DNA from: a bacterium
Lineage (GTDB): Bacteria; Cyanobacteriota; Vampirovibrionia; Gastranaerophilales; JBAXKC01
Direction: 5' to 3'
Assembly: GCA_037137535.1 (NCBI GenBank)
Contig: JBAXKC010000013.1
Coordinates: forward strand, 1 to 62,066
Length of the DNA: 62,066 bases
A program made the position numbers and the translations under genes. The notes under the pieces were generated by a model. That model did no database searches and was not told where the DNA came from. It saw nothing but the letters and a program-made list of their open reading frames with translations. Positions 51,227 to 61,994 of the stretch are shown in pieces (within the stretch, counting starts at the first letter, position 1; every line of letters begins with the position of its first letter).

Positions 51227-53149
51227 ATGAGTTATTTTGAGGCAAATTTAAAAAGTTTAGAAAAGCATAATCCATTGCTTGCAAAAGATTTAAAAAGTCT
51301 TGAATTAACTGCAATAATTGAGAAGTTTGCTTTTAAAAATTCAAAAAACGGTGAAATTAATCTGTTTTATCAGAATTTGCCAATTCATGATAATGAATCT
51401 CCAATAAATGAAGCTAAAGTTATAACAGGATTTTTACAGGATAGCTCCGACTCTTCAATCACAATTTTATTGGGCTTAGGAATAGGTTATCTTTTAAAGG
51501 AATGTTTTAATTCTATTTCAGGGAAAATAATTATTTTTGAACCAAATATCGAAATTTTGAAATTTTCGCTCGAAGCAATTGATTTTAGCGAATTATTAGA
51601 TTCCGAAAGAGTTTTTATAACGAGTGACTTTGCTCAGCTGACATTGATTTTACAGGAGTTATACTCTTTAGATTCAAAAATACATCTTAATGGATTAACT
51701 TCCTTTAAATTATTTAATCCTGATTTATTGGAAGTCCTTTCTGCTGAAATTAATGAAACAGTATCAGAACTTAATGCAAATTTTTCGACTTTATTTGATA
51801 AAGCTCCATTTTGGGCTGTTAATTCGGTGAAAAATATTAAAAATATAATAGATAAACCGGATATTTTGGCTTTGGATAATATATTTTTGAATAAACCTGC
51901 TGTTATTGTTTCACCGGGGCCGTCTTTAGATGATTATATTGAAGACTTGAAAGCGAATAAAGATAAAGTAGTTATTTTTGCAACCGGAAATTCGGCTAAA
52001 ACTTTAATAAATAATGGAATTGAACCGAATTTTATTTGTTTTATTGATAATAATGATAATACAGCACAAGTTAGTGGTATTGATGTATCAAATATAAATC
52101 TGATTGCTCAGCCTACTGCACATAATAATGTTTTTAATATTAATTCAAAAAGAAAATATGTATATTTTACGGAAAACGATTTATTTTCGAGATGGATGAA
52201 GACAACTTGTAATTTTGACTTACCAAAGTATGATAGCAAAGGAACAGTTTCTTATTGTGCGTTTGTTTCGGCTGTTATTTCGGGTTGTAATCCAATTATT
52301 TTATTGGGGCAAGATTTGGCATATACAAATAATAAATGTTATGCAACATCAAGTGCTTATGGCGGACTGAAAGTTAAATGCAGCAGTGAAACAGGCGAAT
52401 ATGAACTGGATATTAACAATAAAGAAAATTTAATTAAGCATTATGTGAAAGATGAATTAATGCATGCAAAAGAAGATGTTCTTAATTATGTTTTTAATCA
52501 AGTAAGGTCTAAACTTGATCTTGTAAAAGGTCAACATGGTGAACTTCTTCCAACAGATACAAACTATAAATCTTTTATTAAATATTTTGAGGAATTTGCA
52601 TTAACTCAACAAACTTCAATTAAACTTTATAATTCATCAATCGGAGGTGCACAGATTGATGGGTTTGAAAATAAACCTATTAGTCAAATTTTATCTGATT
52701 TTTCGCCTTTAGGGATAAATATTGATGAGGTTATAAGTAATTCGTCAGATAATTATAAATTACCGCTTCAAAGTAATCTTTCAACTCTTAAAGCTGAAAT
52801 TGCTCAAACAAAAGAAATGCTTCTAACTTATGTTAAAAAAGCTGAAACACTTGTAGAGCTTTGTATAAATACAGAAAAAGAAGTTAAATCTTTATCGCCA
52901 AATGTGAATTTAATAAGACAGAACTCTAATGTCCTTATCGAAGAGTTTTTCGAGTTCCAAGAGGGGGTATTTTATAATAATAATTTTTTAACCTATCCCG
53001 TATTTAAAGAACTGGCTATATTAAATAATTTAATCAACAGCGAAGAGCTTTTCGATGATTTAATCAGATTTTGTTATACGCATAAGGCTTTTTATACTAA
53101 ATTTATAACAGAATATGAGCAGATTATATTCTATTTAGAGGATATTTAA
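51227..53149 (+). CDS. Motility-associated factor (Maf/DUF115) glycosyltransferase-family protein
   Basis: LGLGIGY, FEPN, VSPGPSL, GTVS, GCNPIILLGQDLAY and GGAQIDG motifs. Confidence 0.82.
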   Translation: MSYFEANLKSLEKHNPLLAKDLKSLELTAIIEKFAFKNSKNGEINLFYQNLPIHDNESPINEAKVITGFLQDSSDSSITILLGLGIGYLLKECFNSISGKIIIFEPNIEILKFSLEAIDFSELLDSERVFITSDFAQLTLILQELYSLDSKIHLNGLTSFKLFNPDLLEVLSAEINETVSELNANFSTLFDKAPFWAVNSVKNIKNIIDKPDILALDNIFLNKPAVIVSPGPSLDDYIEDLKANKDKVVIFATGNSAKTLINNGIEPNFICFIDNNDNTAQVSGIDVSNINLIAQPTAHNNVFNINSKRKYVYFTENDLFSRWMKTTCNFDLPKYDSKGTVSYCAFVSAVISGCNPIILLGQDLAYTNNKCYATSSAYGGLKVKCSSETGEYELDINNKENLIKHYVKDELMHAKEDVLNYVFNQVRSKLDLVKGQHGELLPTDTNYKSFIKYFEEFALTQQTSIKLYNSSIGGAQIDGFENKPISQILSDFSPLGINIDEVISNSSDNYKLPLQSNLSTLKAEIAQTKEMLLTYVKKAETLVELCINTEKEVKSLSPNVNLIRQNSNVLIEEFFEFQEGVFYNNNFLTYPVFKELAILNNLINSEELFDDLIRFCYTHKAFYTKFITEYEQIIFYLEDI

Positions 53150-53260
53150 AAACATTAAATTATTTTTATAAATTTATGTGAATCAATTGCAAGATATCTG
53201 GCAATTTTATGTATTATTTGTTTTAATATATATGTTTGAATATTATTGTAGGATTATATA

Positions 53261-53788
53261 ATGAAAATGATTTCTAATAATTTTGTATCATTTGGAGCAA
53301 CAACTAATAATAAAGCAAATAATACAAATGAAGTTAGTAATAATTTGAATTATACTTTAACCGGAGCTTCTATTGGTGGAGTTGTTGGTGATGTTTATAA
53401 TAGATTTCGTACAATTAGTGATAATGAAGCAATTGTTGAATTTAAAAAAACTCTTGTTGATATTTCAAAGTCTTCTGATGAAGAATTTTTAAATAATATG
53501 CTAGAAGATGGGACTATACAGAAAAAATTTGAATGTGTTCCTGCAGAATTACGTGAAGAAGCGTATAAGAAAGCTTCAAGTATCACTAAAAATATAATGA
53601 CGAAAGATCCAGATGCATTTATTAAAACCTTTATACCAAAAGAGGAGATCCAAAAACTAAAAGAAGCAATTAGGTATGATTTAGTTAAATCAAGTAAATA
53701 CTGGGGTATTGGTTGTGCGGTTGGTGCCGGTCTTACCTTAATAGGTATTAATCTTTTAAAACCGAAGGTTAAAGAGACAAATAAATAA
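53261..53788 (+). CDS. Hypothetical protein with two Gly-rich hydrophobic segments
   Basis: 175-aa ORF after AGGA; Asn-rich N-terminus NNFVSFGA; C-terminal TM WGIGCAVGAGLTLIGI. Confidence 0.7.
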   Translation: MKMISNNFVSFGATTNNKANNTNEVSNNLNYTLTGASIGGVVGDVYNRFRTISDNEAIVEFKKTLVDISKSSDEEFLNNMLEDGTIQKKFECVPAELREEAYKKASSITKNIMTKDPDAFIKTFIPKEEIQKLKEAIRYDLVKSSKYWGIGCAVGAGLTLIGINLLKPKVKETNK

Positions 53789-53969
53789 TCATTATTTTTT
53801 ATAATTTTTATTTATAACAGAGTATGAGCAAATTTTATTGTAATAAAACATAGTGATATTCTTTGAATAAAAATTTAGCTAGTAAATTCTAGTATGTTTG
53901 TAGTACTTTATTTATTAAAAAATATTTTTATAGTTATAAACGTATTAAGTAGATAAAGGAATATGTAAA

Positions 53970-54614
53970 ATGCTTAATCTTGGCAATTATATAATAACAA
54001 CAGGAACTTTTGACCCTCCTACAAGGAAGGGACATCTTAATAATTTAGTGCAAGCACATAAGATAACAGGTAAAAAGATTATGGTTTTGCCTAACTATAA
54101 TCCTGGTCATAAAAAACCATTTGCTTCTTTTACTGAAAGAGTTTCAATGTTGAAAAAGTTATTTAAGCAGCATCCTTTTATTCATGTTAGAACATTTCAA
54201 AAAAGAGTAGATTCAAAGTTGCGTCAACTAACTAATCAATCGGCTCAATATACAGAAATGTATAAAATGATAATAAAAGAAAATAAACTTCTTCCTGGGC
54301 AACGATTAGGTCTATTGACAGGTGAAGATAATGCCGCAAATGTATTAAAATCATTAAAAGAAAATAACATGCTAAAAAAAATCAAGCTATATGTCACAAA
54401 AAGACCGGGATATGAGCTTTCGGATGAAATTATAAAGCAATATAGAGAAGTTGGTGCTGAAATAAAAATTTTACCTGAAGTTTCTGATGCATCTTCGTCG
54501 GTGGTTCGAAAATCTATAACTGAAGGTACTACCTTTAAAAAAATATCAATTTTATCAAAGTCTGTTGCAAAATATATGACGAAACATCATTTATATAAAA
54601 AATTAATAAAGTAA
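53970..54614 (+). CDS. Divergent NadD-like nucleotidyltransferase
   Basis: GTFDPPTRKGH, NPGHK, R..ML, GED, RPGY, SSSVVR and terminal HHLY motifs. Confidence 0.75.
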   Translation: MLNLGNYIITTGTFDPPTRKGHLNNLVQAHKITGKKIMVLPNYNPGHKKPFASFTERVSMLKKLFKQHPFIHVRTFQKRVDSKLRQLTNQSAQYTEMYKMIIKENKLLPGQRLGLLTGEDNAANVLKSLKENNMLKKIKLYVTKRPGYELSDEIIKQYREVGAEIKILPEVSDASSSVVRKSITEGTTFKKISILSKSVAKYMTKHHLYKKLIK

Positions 54615-54620
54615 TTCAAA

Positions 54621-54656
54621 AACAAAAAACTTATCGTAAAAGTTAAGTTTTTTGTT
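54621..54656 (+). terminator. Probable terminator
   Basis: AACAAAAAACTTA...TAAGTTTTTTGTT inverted repeat. Confidence 0.5.
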
Positions 54657-54812
54657 TTAGCATATAAGAGTATTAGAAATTAAAAAATATTAAGGTTAAT
54701 ACTTTTTAGCGAGTTATATTACAATTTTTTTAACATTTTACTGAAAACTATCAATTTTTTATCAGTAAAGTTTTTATTAATATATAAAATAAATTGTTTG
54801 TGGGTATGCGTT

Positions 54813-56411
54813 ATGAGTTTTGAAATTAATAATTCTGTTAAATTAGCAAATACGCAAAATATAAAACAAATAAAACCGCAACAGTCTGGTAATGTTGCTA
54901 AAATGACCAATGATAAACTTATAAAAGCAGATTCTCTTGAAATAAATTATCAGAAGAATCAACAAAATGACATTTTTTTAAAAGATTATCTTCTTAAACA
55001 AATAACAAAATCGGGAGTAAAAGTCCCGTCAAGCATAAACCTTGATGTATGCGCTCCTGGTGTTGATGATAAAAAATCAAAAGATGAGTTTGCTAAAGTT
55101 GTTTTTGGTCCATATCATGGATTTATAGATGATTTCTTTGAGCTTATGGCAGAAGAAAAACCTCAATTTGAGCAAAGAGTTAAAAATATGAAAACTGATG
55201 AAGGGCTAAAAAACAGCCTAACTTCAATTCATAATTTTTTAGATAATTATTATAAACTTGAAATTACTGTAAGTGGAAGTAAAAAACCTTATAATCTTTT
55301 ACACCTTACAGAAGAGGATAAAAAAGAACTTAACACTATTGCAAAACCTGATGAAAAAGCATTTATCGATGAAGCCTTAAAGCACACTCAGGACACTAAA
55401 AAACTTGCGGCTAAATTCTCTCGTTCTGAAATGGAACGTAAAACATTATCCGAAGCTGGTGAAGGTTCGAAAGATTTTATTAAGACACTTATCGCAGGAA
55501 CTGCTTTTACTTTTTTATTAGATCAGAATAATGAGAAAATTGTTGATGCTCTTAGCAAAAAGTCAACTAAACTGGCCAACTTAATGAATGGTTCTGCTAC
55601 CTTGATAACAGGGGTGGGCGATGATGCACTTGCTTCAATTAAAGATTATCAACAGGATAAAGTTACATTAGGAAAACCTATGGCTAGAGGGATTTTAGCT
55701 TCTTCTTTAGCATTAGCTTATGGAGCAGGCTCCATACTTGATAAATATAAAGAAAAGATGGATTCTCGTACTGCTGCGGTAATATACAGTATAGTTTCAT
55801 CAGTTGGAAGTATATGGTCTAATATTTGTGCCTTTGGGATTATGCAATCAAAACAAAAAGAGATGAAGGAATCAGGATTAATTAATCCAAATGATAAGCA
55901 AAATAGTTTTGCAAAAACCTTTAAAAATTATGTGGCTTATGATGCATATTTTGGAAAAATTATAGGAATACTTGCCTGTATTCCTGTTGCAATTATTGCT
56001 CAAAAAGCTGGTTTACTTAAACAAAAAGTAGTTATATCCGAAAGTGGTGAAAAAACAATTAAATTTGTACACAATATAGGTGGATCAATTGCACTTAACC
56101 TTATCGGGTCGGGTGAAACTCTTATTACATCGATTGTTCAAGCCTTTAGAGATACATTAAGAAAAGCAAGCATAGATAGTGCGAAAACTAATGTAAGCAA
56201 TAATCCTGATAAGGCTTCAACCTATAATGCCAGAGAATTTAATATTGAGGGAGTTTCTAAAACATCTCAAACTGTTGATTCGCTAAAATTATTCACAAAA
56301 TATACTCTTAATGACTGGAAAAAGTCTATTTCTAATATTGGGCCGTCAATTAATAGTGAAATAGAAAAAATTAAACATTTTTTTAATAAAAAAGTCACTA
56401 AAAAAGCATAA
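54813..56411 (+). CDS. Hypothetical protein with polar N-terminus and several C-terminal hydrophobic helices
   Basis: ~532-aa open ORF with normal-looking codon composition; no family motif recognised. Confidence 0.72.
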   Translation: MSFEINNSVKLANTQNIKQIKPQQSGNVAKMTNDKLIKADSLEINYQKNQQNDIFLKDYLLKQITKSGVKVPSSINLDVCAPGVDDKKSKDEFAKVVFGPYHGFIDDFFELMAEEKPQFEQRVKNMKTDEGLKNSLTSIHNFLDNYYKLEITVSGSKKPYNLLHLTEEDKKELNTIAKPDEKAFIDEALKHTQDTKKLAAKFSRSEMERKTLSEAGEGSKDFIKTLIAGTAFTFLLDQNNEKIVDALSKKSTKLANLMNGSATLITGVGDDALASIKDYQQDKVTLGKPMARGILASSLALAYGAGSILDKYKEKMDSRTAAVIYSIVSSVGSIWSNICAFGIMQSKQKEMKESGLINPNDKQNSFAKTFKNYVAYDAYFGKIIGILACIPVAIIAQKAGLLKQKVVISESGEKTIKFVHNIGGSIALNLIGSGETLITSIVQAFRDTLRKASIDSAKTNVSNNPDKASTYNAREFNIEGVSKTSQTVDSLKLFTKYTLNDWKKSISNIGPSINSEIEKIKHFFNKKVTKKA

Positions 56412-56622
56412 CTTTTTAGATTTTTTGACTATGCTAAAATGTTTTAGAATTTTATAAACATTGTGCATTATATACAGAATAATTTTTTCTTTTTTAGCTA
56501 TTAATTATTAATTTAAAGTTCATTATAATTTATTTTTTTTAATACTATAATTATTGATGATAGTTATTGAACCTGTATAATCAATAATTATAATAGACAT
56601 TATTTCAGAAAAGAGGAACATA

Positions 56623-58149
56623 ATGAGTAAAACTGTTTTATTAACTATATTAGACGGCTGGGGCATTGGCGGAGAATGTGCAAAAAATGCTTTAACTGTT
56701 GCCAATATTCCTAATTTTAAAGCTCTTTGGGAAAACTATCCGCATACCCAACTTCATGCAAGTGGCGAAGCTGTCGGACTTCCTGACGGTCAAATGGGAA
56801 ACTCTGAAGTAGGACACCTTAATTTAGGTGCAGGAAGAGTTGTTTATCAGGAATTAACAAGAATTAATAAATCAATCAGAGAAGGCGACTTCTTCACAAA
56901 TGAAAGATTTTTAGATGCAATTAAACATACTAAAGAAAATGATTCAGCTCTTCATCTTATGGGACTTGTCAGTAATGGTGGAGTTCACAGTTCATTAGAT
57001 CATTTATTTGCTCTTATTGATTTAGCCGTAAAAAATGACCTTAAAAAAGTTTATGTTCACGCTTTCCTTGATGGAAGAGATACTCCTCCTCAAAGTGCTA
57101 TCGGATTTGTGGCTCAAGTTGATAAAAAACTTAAAGAAGTCGGACTTCCTCCTGTAGCTACAGTTAGCGGAAGATATTACGCAATGGACAGAGATAAGAG
57201 ATGGGATAGAGTAGAACAAGCCTACAACTGTCTTTTATTAGCAGAAGGTGCAAAAGCTGATAATGCTGAAGCTGCTGTTAAAACTTCTTATGAAAATAAC
57301 GTTAATGATGAATTCGTTCTGCCTACCGTTATCGGTGGAAGTGAAACAAGAGTTAATGATAATGATTCAGTCATCTTCTTTAACTATAGACCTGATAGAG
57401 CAAGAGAAATAACAAAGTCATTAACAGATCCTACTTTTGATGGTTTTGCAAGAAAGAAAGTTCTTAATAACTTATATTATGTCTGCATGACACAATATGA
57501 CGAAACAGCAGGACTTCCAATTGCTTATCCTCCACAACAATTAACTAATATTCTTGGTGAAGTTCTTGAAAAAAGCGGAATTAAAGAGTTTAGAACTGCT
57601 GAAACCGAAAAATATGCTCATATTACTTTCTTCTTCAATGGTGGAGTAGAAAAAGCTTTTGATTCTGAAACCAGAGCTTTAGTTGATTCACCAAAGGTTG
57701 CTACTTATGATTTACAGCCTGAAATGAGTGCTGCTGAAGTTGCTAAAAACGTTGTTGAAGCTATTAAATCAAATAAATACGGTTTTATTCTTGTGAACTT
57801 TGCTAATCCTGATATGGTTGGACATACAGGTGTTTTTGAAGCGGCTGTTAAAGCTGTAGAAGCTATTGACGTTTGCTTGAAAGACATTGTTACTGCTGTT
57901 AAAGAAAATGATGTAACAATGTTAATAACTGCCGATCATGGAAATGTAGAGTGTATGGAAGATCCTATAACAGGGGTTCCATTTACTGCTCATACAACAA
58001 ATGATGTTCCGTTTATTGTTGTTAATTCTGATAATAAGAACCTAGCACTTAAAAATGACGGTATTTTAGCTGATATTGCTCCAACTATTTTAAATCTACT
58101 TAAAATAGAGCAACCTGAAGAAATGACTGGAACTTGCTTAATTAAGTAA
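56623..58149 (+). CDS. gpmI: 2,3-bisphosphoglycerate-independent phosphoglycerate mutase
   Basis: ILDGWG, GQMGNSEVGH, AETEKYAH, NPDMVGHTG and ADHGN motifs. Confidence 0.97.
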   Translation: MSKTVLLTILDGWGIGGECAKNALTVANIPNFKALWENYPHTQLHASGEAVGLPDGQMGNSEVGHLNLGAGRVVYQELTRINKSIREGDFFTNERFLDAIKHTKENDSALHLMGLVSNGGVHSSLDHLFALIDLAVKNDLKKVYVHAFLDGRDTPPQSAIGFVAQVDKKLKEVGLPPVATVSGRYYAMDRDKRWDRVEQAYNCLLLAEGAKADNAEAAVKTSYENNVNDEFVLPTVIGGSETRVNDNDSVIFFNYRPDRAREITKSLTDPTFDGFARKKVLNNLYYVCMTQYDETAGLPIAYPPQQLTNILGEVLEKSGIKEFRTAETEKYAHITFFFNGGVEKAFDSETRALVDSPKVATYDLQPEMSAAEVAKNVVEAIKSNKYGFILVNFANPDMVGHTGVFEAAVKAVEAIDVCLKDIVTAVKENDVTMLITADHGNVECMEDPITGVPFTAHTTNDVPFIVVNSDNKNLALKNDGILADIAPTILNLLKIEQPEEMTGTCLIK

Positions 58150-58166
58150 TGAACTAAATAATATAT

Positions 58167-58208
58167 AAAAAGCGTTTCAGATTACATAACTGAAACGCTT
58201 TTTTTTTT
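58167..58208 (+). terminator. Rho-independent terminator after gpmI
   Basis: AAAAAGCGTTTCAG...CTGAAACGCTTTTTTTTTT. Confidence 0.85.
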
Positions 58209-58292
58209 GCTGAATTTTATTTTTTGAAAAATAAAAAGTTAGTCCATGGCTTTAGTGTTAATAGTAGAAGTTAAGTATAGACCAGCAGTAAC

Positions 58293-61200
58293 ATCTATAT
58301 ACATCAAATGTTAATCTTCAATTTAAGATGCGGATAACATAACAGCGAAGCATAGCTATTTAAATACATCAAATGTTAATCTTCAATTATCTGATTACCT
58401 TCACAAAGCCTTAATAATCCTTGATTTAAATACATCAAATGTTAATATTCAATGCACCAAGCCCAACAGTTGCGGGTCAGTTTTGGCTATTTAAATACAT
58501 CAAATGTTAATCTTCAATGTGTAGTTAGCACACCAGTTAGGAGAGAAACAGCAATTTAAATACATCAAATGTTAATCTTCAATGACATTTTAATTCCTTA
58601 TAATTTTAGAATAAGTTATTTAAATACATCAAATGTTAATCTTCAATTCAGCGGTAGACTATCTTGTGCCGTTAAGCAACCTAATTTAAATACATCAAAT
58701 GTTAATCTTCAATGGCGTTACAACAAATGCCAATAAGCAAAAAAACAAATTTAAATACATCAAATGTTAATCTTCAATCGCATTTCCCCTATTACTTGAA
58801 TAGCATTTTTGCCAAATTTAAATACATCAAATGTTAATCTTCAATCTCATTGCCAGTATAAGGATTAATATTTCCTTTTGTATTTAAATACATCAAATGT
58901 TAATCTTCAATTGAAAGTTTTGTAGAATTTGCCAACAAAAAACTATAATTTAAATACATCAAATGTTAATCTTCAATTGTAGTGAAAAACAAGGAATTTG
59001 CTAATCTTATTCCATTTAAATACATCAAATGTTAATCTTCAATTGGAGGTCTTGAATTTGCTCCGACTTGGAGTCATATATTTAAATACATCAAATGTTA
59101 ATCTTCAATTTCCTGCAACAAAGGAATAAACCCTTTTACTTCTATTTAAATACATCAAATGTTAATCTTCAATTATCTTTTAATGTAGACCATAAACCAG
59201 CAACAGTTATTTAAATACATCAAATGTTAATCTTCAATTTTGTAGACCTGATCTAAAATATCTTTAATAACATCATTTAAATACATCAAATGTTAATCTT
59301 CAATACGAAAGAAGAGCAGTAAATCAAGCAGGTAACATATTTAAATACATCAAATGTTAATCTTCAATAGCTTTATCAATGCAATTTACCCATGTCCCTT
59401 CAGCATTTAAATACATCAAATGTTAATCTTCAATTCGGTAATAAAATTAAATACTTTTTTTCTTTCTTCATTTAAATACATCAAATGTTAATCTTCAATC
59501 AAACTGAACCCGAGATTGTACCCGAATGTTTTATTCATTTAAATACATCAAATGTTAATCTTCAATAAGAGCCTTTGTTTTCCTCAAATTTGTACTTATA
59601 TATTTAAATACATCAAATGTTAATCTTCAATTAAATTAATAAAATTAACAATGGATACTTTTTCTCAATTTAAATACATCAAATGTTAATCTTCAATGAA
59701 TGAAAAAGAATTTTGTTGCGTTCAACTATCAAAATTTAAATACATCAAATGTTAATCTTCAATAAACGGTTGATGTTTGGAACTGGATTTGCACGAAATT
59801 TAAATACATCAAATGTTAATCTTCAATCAGTGACGGGTCAACTGATACCATTCCCCGACACAGATTTAAATACATCAAATGTTAATCTTCAATCAGGATA
59901 ATCTACGGAAACACAAGTGATTCTTCTGAATTTAAATACATCAAATGTTAATCTTCAATGGGACAGGACTTAAAAATGTTATGCAAAATGTGTAATTTAA
60001 ATACATCAAATGTTAATCTTCAATTGTATGGGATATTACAAGAGCGTTTGCAATGTCTAATTTAAATACATCAAATGTTAATCTTCAATGTTTCTAATTC
60101 TCGTAGTTTCCTAGAAGTAAAAGAATTTAAATACATCAAATGTTAATCTTCAATAGCCGAAGCAATGTTTGTTGAGAAAAGATTGTCGCTATTTAAATAC
60201 ATCAAATGTTAATCTTCAATCTTGCATTGGATGTTTGAGGAGAAATTTTAGAGAAATTTAAATACATCAAATGTTAATCTTCAATTACTCAACCTTAAAA
60301 CCGTTAATAAGCATATCGTCTATTTAAATACATCAAATGTTAATCTTCAATTTATTACTGTGGTTGTATTTAAAACAACAATCTTATTTAAATACATCAA
60401 ATGTTAATCTTCAATTAGGATTGGATATTGTTACAGTTGTAAATGGCTGTATTTAAATACATCAAATGTTAATCTTCAATTCAACTTCTCCATTTTTCCA
60501 ACAATTACAAGTGTCTATTTAAATACATCAAATGTTAATCTTCAATCATTATTGGGGTAATAGCTAAAAAGGGCTTAAATTTATTTAAATACATCAAATG
60601 TTAATCTTCAATTAGAGGCGAAAAAATGCAAGTAAAAAACTTACAAACATTTAAATACATCAAATGTTAATCTTCAATTTAATAAGTCCCATTCCTGTTG
60701 TATCTATATTCATTATTTAAATACATCAAATGTTAATCTTCAATAAAAGTAAGTCCATCGGTTTTGTTACCTAATCCTAAATTTAAATACATCAAATGTT
60801 AATCTTCAATTAGTTTAATTATTACGGGGATTTTTTGTGTCTATTTTTATTTAAATACATCAAATGTTAATCTTCAATACAGAAGAATATAACAAAGCTA
60901 ATATGGGAACATCATTTAAATACATCAAATGTTAATCTTCAATTCATCATCTATAGAAATATATATATTAAAAGCCCATATTTAAATACATCAAATGTTA
61001 ATCTTCAATAAAGAAAAATGGTAAGCAAGATTTATTAAAAGCTATATTTAAATACATCAAATGTTAATCTTCAATCATATCTCTCTATCTAATGGATTAA
61101 GTCTTTTAGCTATTTAAATACATCAAATGTTAATCTTCAATTAGTCCTGAATTAGTTGTCGGTCAAGTTGTAGACGTATTTAAATACATCAAATGTTAAT

Positions 61201-61994
61201 CTTCAATGTTATATCAAAAAAGAAAAGAAAAGTTCTTTTTTAATTTAAATACATCAAATGTTAATCTTCAATTTTACTTAATAATGCTCGTGTTGGTCAA
61301 ATAACTGCATTTAAATACATCAAATGTTAATCTTCAATTGGCAATAACGGCTTAACTCATGGCAGATGGTCAGAATTTAAATACATCAAATGTTAATCTT
61401 CAATGCAACTATAAGAAAACAGATTTTTAAAGATAAATTATTTAAATACATCAAATGTTAATCTTCAATAAGTTCTGTTTTATCCCATTCGCATTCTTCA
61501 AATCGATTTAAATACATCAAATGTTAATCTTCAATTAATTTTATAGGCATAACAGCAGCTAAAGAATTTACATTTAAATACATCAAATGTTAATCTTCAA
61601 TATAATCCGAATCATGGGATTAAGACAATAATAATATTTAAATACATCAAATGTTAATCTTCAATGCAGATGATAGTGAACATTATTTACCAGATATTCA
61701 ATTTAAATACATCAAATGTTAATCTTCAATGCCCGAAGCGTGGAGTTATATCTTGGAGTGTGAAAAATTTAAATACATCAAATGTTAATCTTCAATATGG
61801 ATTGAAGCTGTCTTTTATACTCCCAGTCTTCTATTTAAATACATCAAATGTTAATCTTCAATTGGCAATAACGGCTTAACTCATGGCAGATGGTCAGAAT
61901 TTAAATACATCAAATGTTAATCTTCAATATCAAGAAGAAAAAAAGATGGAAGCGGAGGAGAGTTATTTAAATACATCAAATGTTAATCTTCAAT
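58293..61994 (-). CRISPR. CRISPR array, ~57 repeats and ~56 spacers of ~34-38 bp; 30-bp repeat ATTTAAATACATCAAATGTTAATCTTCAAT (+ strand); resembles type I-B/III repeats
   Basis: Repeats counted by eye at ~65.6-bp period. The leftmost repeat is degenerate (ATCTATAT...) and the third carries a C>A change, so the trailer is on the left and transcription is likely on the minus strand. Confidence 0.97.

Noticed and set aside
58209-58292. Additional degenerate CRISPR repeat or anti-repeat (TGTTAAT at ~58256)
   Set aside because: Only a 7-nt match and out of register with the array period
61664-61879. 71-aa ORF with repeated NLNTSNVNLQ
   Set aside because: Translation of CRISPR repeats and spacers, not a gene
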